A stretch of 43,636 nucleotides of DNA, taken from a virus. Taxonomy: Duplodnaviria; Caudoviricetes. The notes beneath the pieces are model-generated. The model was given only the letters and a program-made list of their open reading frames with translations, made no database searches and had not been told where the DNA came from. Shown here piece by piece: positions 34,452-43,636 of the stretch. The stretch lies in the IMG/VR virus record IMGVR_UViG_3300048592_000242, positions 1 through 43,636 of that record, one strand, 5' to 3'. A program made the translations under genes and the position numbers. Every line of letters begins with the position of its first letter. Within the stretch, counting starts at the first letter, position 1.

Positions 34452-36560
34452 GTGGCGCGTGTCCCGCAGTACCAGCAGCAGGTCGATGTCCAGAACGAGC
34501 CGCGCGCCCGTGAGCAGAACGTGGGCTCGGCGGCGGCGTTCGGCGCGGGGGTTGGCCAGGCGGTGCAGCAGGCCGGCCAGGTGGTCAACCAGATCGCGGC
34601 GCGCGAGCAGGAAAAGGCGGACATCGCGGCGCTGATGGCGGCCGACCGGGAGTTGGCCGACCTTGAGCTGCAACTGTTCCATGACCCGGACGCTGGCGCC
34701 TACAGCAAGCGCGGCCGGGACGCATTCGGAACGCCCGACCAGGTGTTCCCGACGTGGGACAAGACCGTTTCCACTATTCAGGGGCGGCTGACTCCGGCCC
34801 AGCGCATGGCGTTCGAGAAGCAGGCCCAGGGGCGCCGGCAGTCGCTGGAAACCGGGCTGGCGCGGCACATCACGGCCGAGTCGGATAGGTTCTACGCGCA
34901 GGAGGCTGACGCGACGGTGGCCACCTCGGCGGCGGCGGCGGCGGCGAACTACAACGACCCGGCCCGTGTCGCCCTTGAGGCTGAACGCGCCGTGCGCGCG
35001 TCGATGTCGCTGGACGACGGCGCGGCGCCCGAGGTCATCAAGGTCCGCGTCATGGAAGCGCAGTCGTCGGTGTACGCCGCGGCGGTTGAGCGCCGGCTGC
35101 AAGACGACCCGGTGGGCGCCATCGCCTACTTCGAGGAAGTGATGGACAAGTTGTCGCCGGGTCAGTTGTCGCGCATGGAACCTGTGATCCGCGAGGCGCG
35201 CAAGACGCAGGTGGTGTTCGCGGCGGCCGATGCGGCGTTGAGTGGCGGGAACGTGGCGCTGACTTCTTCTTTTGACGGCGCGGTGGAGCAGGTGCTGGCG
35301 ACCGAGGGCGGCTACGTCGCCGACGATGCCGGCAAGGGCGAAACGAACTTCGGCATCAACACGACGGCGAACCCCGGCGTGGACATCAAGGGGCTGTCGG
35401 AAGATCAGGCGCGGGAAATCTACAAGACCAAGTATTGGGACGCGATCGACGCCGACTCCCTGCCGCCGGAAATCCGCGGCATGGCGTTCGACGCGGCCGT
35501 AAATCAGGGCGTCGGCAAGGCGAAGGAGATGCTGCGCGAAGCGGGCGGCGACCCGGCAAAGTTCCTGGCGCTGCGCCGCGCGCACTACGAGGAACTGATA
35601 GACAAGGATCCCGAGAAGTACGCCCAGTATGCCGAGGGCTGGGAAAAGCGCGTGGCCCAGTTCGAGCAGGGCGGCATGGGTGCCCCGCCGGCCACACTGT
35701 CGCAGGCGCTGCGGTCCCCTGCTGTGACGAACCTGCCGCCGGACGAGCGCAAGCAGGCCGAGTTGCGGATTCGGCAGGAATGGCAGACCGTCGAACTGGC
35801 CCGGCGCGAGGCGGCAGACGCGCGGCTGAACGAGGGATTCGCGTTCATCCAAGGCGGCGGCACGGTGGCCGGCCTGCCCCCGGCGCTGCGTGCGTCGATG
35901 GAGCCCAAGGAGATCGCGGACCTTGAGCAGTACGAGCGCGTTCGCCGGTCGAACGGCGGCGCGGTGGAAACCGACCTGACCCGGTATGGCGAACTGCTTG
36001 ACTTGGCCGTGTCGCGTCCGCTTGAGTTCGCGTCGATGTCGTTGGTGCCCGACCAGAAGAACCTTTCGGACGCCGATTACAAGGCGCTGGTGAAGGCGCA
36101 GGCGTCGGTGAAGGCGGGCCGGCCGGACGCGCTACTGGCCGAGCGAAAGCTGGTGACGGAAGTGGCCACGCCGGTCCTGCGGGAATTGGGGATTCTGGCG
36201 CCGGTCAAGGGGGCGCCGACGCGATCGCAGCCGAAGAAAGGCCAAGAGAGGAAGTACGAGCAGTTCACGAACGCCGTGCAGTCCGAGGTGTCCGCGTACC
36301 GCCAGCAGTTCGGGCGCGACCCGACGGTGGACGACGTGCAGGGCATTGTTGACCGGCTGGTGATCGCGCAGACGGTGACGACGCCGACTGGCTGGTTTGG
36401 CACGGACGAGGAACAGACGGTGTATAGCTTCGAGGCTGTGGGCGCGCCGCTGGCTCCGCGAAATGCCAAGGTGCGCGAAGTCGGAAAGGTATACTCTACG
36501 CCACGAGGCCCGGCGCTGTGGATGGGCGAGGGATGGGCTCTTGTAACCCCGACGGAGTGA
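34452..36560 (+). CDS. Ejection protein with internal GH108-type lysozyme domain
   Basis: MARVPQY start; EGGYVADD..GETNFGI, IYKTKYW, FDAAVNQG, GWEKRV. Confidence 0.85.
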   Translation: MARVPQYQQQVDVQNEPRAREQNVGSAAAFGAGVGQAVQQAGQVVNQIAAREQEKADIAALMAADRELADLELQLFHDPDAGAYSKRGRDAFGTPDQVFPTWDKTVSTIQGRLTPAQRMAFEKQAQGRRQSLETGLARHITAESDRFYAQEADATVATSAAAAAANYNDPARVALEAERAVRASMSLDDGAAPEVIKVRVMEAQSSVYAAAVERRLQDDPVGAIAYFEEVMDKLSPGQLSRMEPVIREARKTQVVFAAADAALSGGNVALTSSFDGAVEQVLATEGGYVADDAGKGETNFGINTTANPGVDIKGLSEDQAREIYKTKYWDAIDADSLPPEIRGMAFDAAVNQGVGKAKEMLREAGGDPAKFLALRRAHYEELIDKDPEKYAQYAEGWEKRVAQFEQGGMGAPPATLSQALRSPAVTNLPPDERKQAELRIRQEWQTVELARREAADARLNEGFAFIQGGGTVAGLPPALRASMEPKEIADLEQYERVRRSNGGAVETDLTRYGELLDLAVSRPLEFASMSLVPDQKNLSDADYKALVKAQASVKAGRPDALLAERKLVTEVATPVLRELGILAPVKGAPTRSQPKKGQERKYEQFTNAVQSEVSAYRQQFGRDPTVDDVQGIVDRLVIAQTVTTPTGWFGTDEEQTVYSFEAVGAPLAPRNAKVREVGKVYSTPRGPALWMGEGWALVTPTE

Positions 36561-36564
36561 CGCT

Positions 36565-39500
36565 GTGCCGACTGTTCCCCTGTTGAGCGATGAGGAAATG
36601 TATGGTCCGGCGTCGAACGACGAGGTGGCGCCGCCGCCCGCCGCCGCCCGCGCGCCCGTAGAACCGCCGGCCGGCTTCACCGCGCCAGCATCGCCCGGCG
36701 GCCTGCTGACCGATTCCGAGGTGTTCGGAACCGACGACCTCAAGGTTCGCGTCCGCCAGTCCGCCCGCGCGGCGTCTGGCAAGACGGCCGACCAGGTGCT
36801 GGGCGCCGAGGCGCTTGGCGACCGATTCGGCGTACCGGCGGCGGTGGCCGGCCGGAACATGGACGAGCTCAAGCGCCGGGCCGAGGTGGACGATTTCGCC
36901 TCGCTGGCGGACACGAACCCGCGCCTGGCCGAATGGTTCGCCGACGACCCGGACGCGGTGGCGGTCGCCCGCGATGACGTGGGCTCGCTGACCCGACTGG
37001 AACAGATGCTCGCGTTCTCGAACCCGATTACGGCCGGCATGGCGATTGGCGACCAGATCACGGGGCAGAACACGACCCGGCCGATGCTGGACGTGCAGGG
37101 TGCGCTCGTGTCCGGGCTGGGCCAGCCGATCGGGGCGGCGGTATCCGGCGCGGGCGCCATGATTGACGTGCGCCAGAACTCGATCGAACGGCTGGTGCGC
37201 GGCATTCTGGGCGACAACATGGCCGACCTGTCGGCGTTTGAGTTGCCCGACTACCTCAAGCCGGCCGAACTGCTGAACGACGCGGGCAACCTGATCGGCG
37301 ACGTGACCTCGGCCGCTGCGCCGCCGGAGGAGCGCCAGGGGCTCGCCACGGACATCATCTCGGGCTTGGGCCAGGTGGCGACCTATTCGGCCGTCACGCT
37401 CGCTACTGGCGGCACGGGCGGGCTTCTGCTGGGTGCCGGGCAGGGCGCCGACATTCAGGCCGACCGGGCGCGTGAGGCTGGCACCTACGGCACGGGCGCA
37501 TCGGACACGGCGATTGCCGGCGGCGCAGCCATCACGTCGGTCACGGAACGGCTGGGGCTCAAGTGGCTGTTCCGGCAGTTGCCGAAGTCGGTTCAGGCGA
37601 GCATGCAGCGCAAGGTGGCCGACATTCTGCTGGCCGGCGCGGGCGAGGCGACGCAGGAAATCACCGAGGGCGTAGCCCAGGATGCCGTCACGAAGGCGCT
37701 GGTGGACTCCGAATACGAGATGTTCCGCGGACTGGACCGTGAGGCGCTGGCGGCGGGCGGCGTCGGCCTGATCGTGCGCTCGATGCTGCACGTCGGCCGG
37801 GGCCGCATGGATTCCGAGCAGGCCAAGAACGAGCGCGGGGAGATTGCCGAAGTCGGCCGGCTGGTGGACGGGATGGGTCTGCGCGAGTCGGATCCGGGCC
37901 GGCTCAAGGCGGCGCTGGCCAGGCTCAAGACGGCCGGCTGGAACGATGTCTGGGTGCCCGTGACCGAGTGGCAGACCCTGTTCCAGACCGCGCAGGAATC
38001 GGACGCGGCGCGACTGGCGGCCGGCGTGACGGATTCGGACTACGCCGCGGCGCTGCTGTCGGGCGGCAAGCTGCGCGTCCCGACCGAGGGGTTCTATACG
38101 GGCCTGACGCCCGAGCAGCGCAAGCCGCTGTACGAGCATGGGCGCCGGACGCCGGACGGTATGACCCCGGCCGAGGCGGACGGGTACGACCCCGAGGTGG
38201 CGCTAGCCGAGATGATGGCCGAGATGGGCGTTGAAGGCCGGCCGGCGGGCGACCCGTCGAACGCGGTGTACGACGATTTCCGGCTGCAGCTTGAGCGCGC
38301 CGGGGCGTCGCCGGACGTGGCGGCGGCCCAGGCCGAGCAGTTGGCCGCGTTCGTGCGGACGGCCCAGGCGCGTTCCGGCGTGGCGATTGACACGGCCCGG
38401 CTGGCGGTGGTGGCCGAACTGGACCCGCGGCTGCAGGCCGTGCTGCGTGGCCCGCGCGCCGAGCCGGCGCTGGATGCGCTGATCGCGGGCGCGCGGTCGG
38501 GCCGGGTGTTCAATGAGCGCGAAGTTCAGGGCATGCGGCTGGTGTCGCTGCTCGTGAAGATGGGCGGCATCAACCCCGAGGCGGCCGGTGCCGGCGACTT
38601 GAAGGCGATGGACGCGCAGAAGCTGCGGCCGGGCCTGCTGAACCTGGCGGGCATGACGCTGGACGATGCGCTGCAGGCTGCGCGCGACGAGGGCTACATC
38701 ACGTCCCCGTTGTCGAACGAGGGCGAGGTGTACGACGGCGACGCGCCCGACATCAATTCGCTGCTGGAAATGATTTCGGGCGATCTGTCTGGGGTCGGCC
38801 CGGTGTACGCGCCCGAGTCGCTGAACATGGACCGGGCCGCTTTTAACGAAGGCGTGGCGGCGCTGCGCGACGAGTTGATGGCGAAAGGAATCACGCCCGA
38901 GCGGCTGGCCGAGATGTCGGACGCCGAGGTGCGGGCGGCGCTGGGGTTTGGTGGCGAGGTGGAGGGCGATGTGTTGGAGCAGGGCGGCGACCTACGCGAT
39001 CTGATCGCCACGCACAACCTGTCTGCCGAGAAGCTGATGCACGCGCTCCGCATGGGTGGGCTCGCCGTGCCTTCTCTGGCGATCACGAAAGGCGACTCCG
39101 CGATCACCGGGTTCGGCGACATCACGCTGATCGGCGACCGCGGTCTGATTGACCCGCGCGCTGGCGCCAAGGCGTTCGGCGCCGACATCTACTCGCCGCG
39201 CTACCCGGAGGTGTCGTTCAAGCTAGATAGTCAGGCAGCGAAGGATCTGCTTGCCATCTTGAAGCCGTACCGCGCAGCCGACGAGCGCGTGTATGTTGAC
39301 ACGAACAATGCCGCCGATTGGTTGCGAAGCGACGACGCTTTCCGCAAATACATGGAGGCCAGTGGAGAGGATGGCGGGCGCTACGCCGATCTTCGTGCCG
39401 GCGCCGAAAAACTGCTGCGCCAGGTCGGGGCGAAGGAGCAGATTTTCGACGGCTTCACGAATAGCGGGAATCGCCGATATAAGCCGCACAACCTCGAAAC

Positions 39501-42500
39501 CGTCGTCAAGATTCTGAAAAAGGAACTGCGCGGCGGCGAGAACTTTAATTACGGAGTCGGGTCGCTGCGAGCAAAATACACGCCGCAATTCCGGTCCGTC
39601 GAGGCCATCAAGAAGGAGAAGAATCGGCTGGTATCGGCCGACGACTTCGCTGCAATCAAGAAAGAGATTGACGAGGAATTTTTCTCGCTTGTCGAAGAAC
39701 TGCGCGCCTACGCGCCGCAGGCGCGCGACTATGGATTCGCAGACACGGTTATCAATGTAATGGAGGACGCGGCGAAAATTGGCGTACCGCGCGCGCTGGC
39801 TGACTACGGCATAAAGGAGGTTCCGGCCGAGTTGCAGCGCGATGTCGCCGCTTTCCTCGGCAAGATGCGCGACCTTCCGACGGAATACTTCGAGGTCAAG
39901 CAACTTAGGTCGGTAGGCGTCAATGAGTTTCGAGCAGCCGCGGTCCCGACCGGGACGCCGCAGGAAGTGATCGACGCGCTGAACAAGAGCGGACTGGATG
40001 TGGTCGAATACGAGCGCGGCGACGACGCGGCGCGGCGCGATGCCGTGCAGAAGGTGGCGCGCGAGCAGGATGTTCTTTTCCAGTCCCAGCAGCCGGCCGG
40101 CATCGACCTCACGCCCAGCCCCCGCACCCGCCGCATCACCTCCGGCCCGTCGTCGCTGACCTACTCGGTAGACGAGGCGGGCGCGAAAATCATCCTTGTC
40201 CGCACGACGAAAGAATCCCGAGGCCAGGGCGGCGCGCGTCAGGTCATGCAGGAATTCCTGCGGGCGACCGACGCGGCCGGCCTGCCCGTCACGCTGACCG
40301 TGGCCGAGCAGGATTCCACGACGGACGCGGGGCGGCTGGCTTCGTTTTATGAGTCGCTGGGGTTTGTGCGGGGGGAGGGGGATTCGATGGCGCGTGCTGT
40401 TGGGGCGCCGTCCGGTCCTGTGTCCGCCGGTGACCAGACGCAGACGGGGGAGTTTAAGGCGTGGAGCGAAGGCGCACCCGTTCTTGATGGCGAGCAGTTG
40501 GCCACTGAATACGAAGGTGGCCCGGCTGTCCTGACCTTGCTTCATGGAACGACCGCTGATTTCGATGCGTTTGACCGCGCCCGCGCCAACCCCGAGTCCG
40601 ACATGGGCGCCGGGTTCTATTTCAGCAACAACCCTGCTGACGTGGCGCCCAACTACGCCGGTACCGGGCCGGACTTGATCAACAAGATCGAGCGCGAAGC
40701 CGAGCGCATAGCGGGCGAGGAAGATCTGGAATATGACGACCCGGACGTTCGCGCCCGCGCGCGTGCCAAGTTCGTCGCCAATGAAGGTTCCACGCTCAAG
40801 GTTTTCGTCAAGACCGAGAACCCGGCCATCGTCGGTGGCGACAACGAGACGCGCTTGACCTACGAGGAAAGCTACGACGAGGAAACCGACGAATACGGCG
40901 AGCCCGAGGGGACGCTGGTTGATTTCGTGGATGCGCTTCGCCGCGTGTCGGCTGATTTCAACGACGTGAACATCGAGGAATCAATTTCCGTTCTGTTCTC
41001 GGAAGGCATTGACGGCGACATCGGACTTGAATCCGTCATTGAAACCTTGCGCGGCTCGGAAGGGATGGCCTACACGACGGACAATGACGGCAACGTGGCG
41101 GTGAATGAACTGATCCGTTCCGCGTTGGAGATGGCAGGGTTTGACGCCATCATCGACTACACGGTGGACAAGAAGTTCGGGAGCCAGCGCGACGGCGGAA
41201 AGAAGATGGACGGCATGAACGCGAATACCGTTCACGTCATCGCGTTCAACCCCACGCAAATAAAATCCGCCACCGGCAACCGCGGCACGTTCGACCCGAA
41301 CGACCCGTCCATTCTCAACCAGGACAAGCGCGGATCCCTAACCATCAACCGCTACCCCGGCGGCGCCCGCGCGTTCGTCATCAAGCTCGGCGAGAAAAGG
41401 GACTTCTCCACGTTCCTGCACGAGTCGGCGCATTTCTACCTGGAAATTCTGCGCGAGATCGACGCGGAACTGCGGGCGATTCCGCCGACGGGGCTGACCG
41501 AATCGCAGGCGCGAGTCATCGCCGACCACGACAAGCTGCTCGCCGAACTGGGCGTGCCGGACTTCGATTCGATTACCGTCAAGGAACACGAGGCGTTCGC
41601 CGAAACCTACGAGGCGTATCTGCGCGAGGGCAAGGCGCCGTCGGTCAGGCTGGCCCGTGCATTCCAGAAGTTCGGCACCTGGCTCAAGATGGTGTACCGC
41701 ACCCTTCGTGGCCTGCCGAATCAGCAGTTGAACGACGAAACGCGCGGCATCCTTGACCGCATGCTGGCCACCGACGACGAGATCGACGCGGCACGTTCCG
41801 CCCAGTCGCTCGGCGCCCTGTTCGCCACGCCCGAGGCGGCTGGCATGACGCCGGACGAGTTCGCCCAGTATCAGGAGGCGCTGCGCGTCGCCCGCGATTC
41901 GGCCGTGACGGGCGAGGCCGCCGAGCAATACCGCTACGAGGTCGCGGAAACCAAGCGGTGGCGCACCGAGGAAATGGCGCGTATTCGCGCCGAGGTGGCC
42001 GTGGACGTGGACGCGTCGCCGGGCATGCGGGCCAAGTACCTGCTGCGCGCCGGCACGCTGCCGGACGGCTCGCCCCTGCCCGCCGGCCAGTCGCCGATCA
42101 AGCTCAACACGGCGGCCGTGACCGATAAGTACGGCAAGGAGTGGGTCAAGAAGAACCTGGCGTTTATGACGGCCGGCGACGGTGTGCACCCCGACCTGGC
42201 CGCCCCGGTCCTGGGCTTCAAGGACGGCGAGGCGCTGCTGCACGCGCTGGCCAACACCCCGAACCGGGCCGACGCCATCAAGGCCGAGGCCGAGCGCGTG
42301 TGGCGCGAACGGCACCCGGACCCCATGACCGACGGGGAACTGTCTGACCGCGTGCAGGCGCGTGTCCACAATGACGCGCAGGCCGAGGTGATGATCCGCG
42401 AGATTGCCGCCCTGAACGCGCGCGCCGGCCGTCCCGATGGCAAGCCGACCGTGCTGGCCGTGATGAAACAGGCCGCCGAACGCATCGCAGGCGCCCAGCG

Positions 42501-43636
42501 CGTGGGCTCGCTGAACCCCGGCCAGTACCGCACGACCGAGGCCAAGGCCGGCCGGGACGCTCTCAAGGCCGCCGCCGCCGGGAAGTGGGACGAGGCCGTG
42601 TCCGCCCGCCGCCGGCAACTGTTCGCCGGCCTGATGTACCGCGCCACGCTGGACGCCAAGGAGCGCGCCGAGGCCGTGCGCGACAAGATGGTGAAGCTGG
42701 CCAAGAAGCCCGCCCAGGAGCGATTCGCGCGTGCCGGCTGGGAATCCTACCTTGAGCGCGTGAACGACATCCTGCACGCCTACGACGTGCGCCGGCTGTC
42801 GGAAAAGGAACTGGGCCGCCGCCGGTCGATGCGCGCCTGGATCGAGGCCCAGCAGGAAGCCGGCGACGTGACGGCGATCAGCGAGGAACTGCTGGCCCGC
42901 GTCGAGGCCCAGTCCACGACCAACTGGCGCAACGCCACGGTGGACGAACTGGACGGCGTGGGCGACGCGCTGACGAACATCGAGCATCTGGCCCGGCTGA
43001 AAAACAAGCTGCTGGCCGGCCGGCGCCAGGCGGAAAAGGACGATGCGATCGAGGAACTGCTGGCACGGGCGAATGATTCGCTGGCCGATACGGTCGTGCG
43101 GCCGGTATCGCGGGCCGACCTGACGCTGCCCCAGCGTGCCGTGCGCCAGGTCGAGGCCAAGCGCGACGAAGTGACCCGCCCGGAAAACTTCATTGAGGCG
43201 CTGGATGGCGGCGAGTCCGGGCCGTGGCACGACTTCATCTGGTCGGCGATGGAGTCGGCCGAGGCCAAGATGGCGGCACTGCGCCGGGACATCGGGTCCA
43301 AGCTCAAGGCGCTGCGAACGGAGATGCCGACCAGCATCGTGTCCCTGCTTGGCGAGCCCGTGACCGTGTTCGGCATCCCGACCACGCGGGCCAGCCTGAT
43401 CGGCGCCGTGCTGAATACCGGGAACGCCGGCAACCTGCAGCGGCTGCGGGACGGCGGTATCGCGTTCAACGACCAGAAGTTGCGCCTGACCGACGCCCAA
43501 GTGGCCGAGCTGCGCGGCATGCTGACGGCCGCCGAGCTGCGCTATGTGCAAGGGCTCTGGACCTCGGTGAACTCGCTCTGGGGCGACGTGGTGGCGCTGC
43601 AGCGGGCCATGTCGGGCCTGCCGCCGGAAAAGGTCG
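36565..43636 (+). CDS. Giant polyvalent ejection protein (~2867 aa with 1-1659): unknown/ART-like, GNAT, ART-PolyVal and HExxH domains
   Basis: GTG 36565 after GGAG; frame open in the stretches I translated and no terminated same-frame ORF in the track; HNL..PS..YFEVK, RGQG..FYESLGF, LHGT..GFYFS..QIKSATGN, HESAH. Confidence 0.88.
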   Translation, partial: MPTVPLLSDEEMYGPASNDEVAPPPAAARAPVEPPAGFTAPASPGGLLTDSEVFGTDDLKVRVRQSARAASGKTADQVLGAEALGDRFGVPAAVAGRNMDELKRRAEVDDFASLADTNPRLAEWFADDPDAVAVARDDVGSLTRLEQMLAFSNPITAGMAIGDQITGQNTTRPMLDVQGALVSGLGQPIGAAVSGAGAMIDVRQNSIERLVRGILGDNMADLSAFELPDYLKPAELLNDAGNLIGDVTSAAAPPEERQGLATDIISGLGQVATYSAVTLATGGTGGLLLGAGQGADIQADRAREAGTYGTGASDTAIAGGAAITSVTERLGLKWLFRQLPKSVQASMQRKVADILLAGAGEATQEITEGVAQDAVTKALVDSEYEMFRGLDREALAAGGVGLIVRSMLHVGRGRMDSEQAKNERGEIAEVGRLVDGMGLRESDPGRLKAALARLKTAGWNDVWVPVTEWQTLFQTAQESDAARLAAGVTDSDYAAALLSGGKLRVPTEGFYTGLTPEQRKPLYEHGRRTPDGMTPAEADGYDPEVALAEMMAEMGVEGRPAGDPSNAVYDDFRLQLERAGASPDVAAAQAEQLAAFVRTAQARSGVAIDTARLAVVAELDPRLQAVLRGPRAEPALDALIAGARSGRVFNEREVQGMRLVSLLVKMGGINPEAAGAGDLKAMDAQKLRPGLLNLAGMTLDDALQAARDEGYITSPLSNEGEVYDGDAPDINSLLEMISGDLSGVGPVYAPESLNMDRAAFNEGVAALRDELMAKGITPERLAEMSDAEVRAALGFGGEVEGDVLEQGGDLRDLIATHNLSAEKLMHALRMGGLAVPSLAITKGDSAITGFGDITLIGDRGLIDPRAGAKAFGADIYSPRYPEVSFKLDSQAAKDLLAILKPYRAADERVYVDTNNAADWLRSDDAFRKYMEASGEDGGRYADLRAGAEKLLRQVGAKEQIFDGFTNSGNRRYKPHNLETVVKILKKELRGGENFNYGVGSLRAKYTPQFRSVEAIKKEKNRLVSADDFAAIKKEIDEEFFSLVEELRAYAPQARDYGFADTVINVMEDAAKIGVPRALADYGIKEVPAELQRDVAAFLGKMRDLPTEYFEVKQLRSVGVNEFRAAAVPTGTPQEVIDALNKSGLDVVEYERGDDAARRDAVQKVAREQDVLFQSQQPAGIDLTPSPRTRRITSGPSSLTYSVDEAGAKIILVRTTKESRGQGGARQVMQEFLRATDAAGLPVTLTVAEQDSTTDAGRLASFYESLGFVRGEGDSMARAVGAPSGPVSAGDQTQTGEFKAWSEGAPVLDGEQLATEYEGGPAVLTLLHGTTADFDAFDRARANPESDMGAGFYFSNNPADVAPNYAGTGPDLINKIEREAERIAGEEDLEYDDPDVRARARAKFVANEGSTLKVFVKTENPAIVGGDNETRLTYEESYDEETDEYGEPEGTLVDFVDALRRVSADFNDVNIEESISVLFSEGIDGDIGLESVIETLRGSEGMAYTTDNDGNVAVNELIRSALEMAGFDAIIDYTVDKKFGSQRDGGKKMDGMNANTVHVIAFNPTQIKSATGNRGTFDPNDPSILNQDKRGSLTINRYPGGARAFVIKLGEKRDFSTFLHESAHFYLEILREIDAELRAIPPTGLTESQARVIADHDKLLAELGVPDFDSITVKEHEAFAETYEAYLREGKAPSVRLARAFQKFGTWLKMVYRTLRGLPNQQLNDETRGILDRMLATDDEIDAARSAQSLGALFATPEAAGMTPDEFAQYQEALRVARDSAVTGEAAEQYRYEVAETKRWRTEEMARIRAEVAVDVDASPGMRAKYLLRAGTLPDGSPLPAGQSPIKLNTAAVTDKYGKEWVKKNLAFMTAGDGVHPDLAAPVLGFKDGEALLHALANTPNRADAIKAEAERVWRERHPDPMTDGELSDRVQARVHNDAQAEVMIREIAALNARAGRPDGKPTVLAVMKQAAERIAGAQRVGSLNPGQYRTTEAKAGRDALKAAAAGKWDEAVSARRRQLFAGLMYRATLDAKERAEAVRDKMVKLAKKPAQERFARAGWESYLERVNDILHAYDVRRLSEKELGRRRSMRAWIEAQQEAGDVTAISEELLARVEAQSTTNWRNATVDELDGVGDALTNIEHLARLKNKLLAGRRQAEKDDAIEELLARANDSLADTVVRPVSRADLTLPQRAVRQVEAKRDEVTRPENFIEALDGGESGPWHDFIWSAMESAEAKMAALRRDIGSKLKALRTEMPTSIVSLLGEPVTVFGIPTTRASLIGAVLNTGNAGNLQRLRDGGIAFNDQKLRLTDAQVAELRGMLTAAELRYVQGLWTSVNSLWGDVVALQRAMSGLPPEKV
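43510..43636. repeat. Terminal overlap identical to 1-127
   Basis: Exact match by inspection. Confidence 0.97.

Noticed and set aside
31004-43551. Long minus-strand ORFs (757, 510, 547, 440, 737 aa)
   Set aside because: Shadow frames of GC-rich plus-strand genes with no recognisable motifs
43510-43636. Biological direct terminal repeat
   Set aside because: It lies mid-gene, and 127 bp matches a common assembler k-mer overlap, so it is better read as a circularity artefact
1-43636. tRNA or rRNA genes
   Set aside because: No cloverleaf with T-loop and D-loop consensus seen in the few intergenic gaps; a tRNAscan run would be needed to be sure

Overview
The window is an apparently complete, circularly permuted, GC-rich dsDNA podophage genome of about 43.5 kb. 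Bases 1-127 repeat exactly at 43510-43636. Gene order resembles BPP-1/epsilon15-type podoviruses: terS, terL, portal, scaffold, capsid, adaptor, nozzle, GNAT, ejection proteins, fibre. Spanins point to a diderm, probably proteobacterial, host. It also encodes RecT/YqaJ recombination, an amidase-holin-spanin lysis cassette, two HNH genes, a DNA methylase, an SF2 helicase, a VRR-NUC nuclease and a primase-VirE fusion followed by an iteron-type origin. I saw no integrase, CI-type repressor, polymerase or reverse transcriptase. The strongest candidate for a new system is a ~2867-aa ejection protein that crosses the window junction and is mostly missing from the ORF track. It carries a cassette of putative effector domains (unknown/ART-like, GNAT, ART-PolyVal) bounded by repeated xxLxQ motifs, directly followed by an HExxH zincin motif, which suggests an injected, self-processed polyprotein. 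Other leads are a tail nozzle gene split mid-domain by one in-frame TGA, a structured promoter-driven RNA where a repressor gene would normally sit, a three-copy palindromic operator, an HNH gene that appears to have captured the methylase N-terminus, and a possible head-spike esterase. All product calls come from motif reading by eye, with no database searches.
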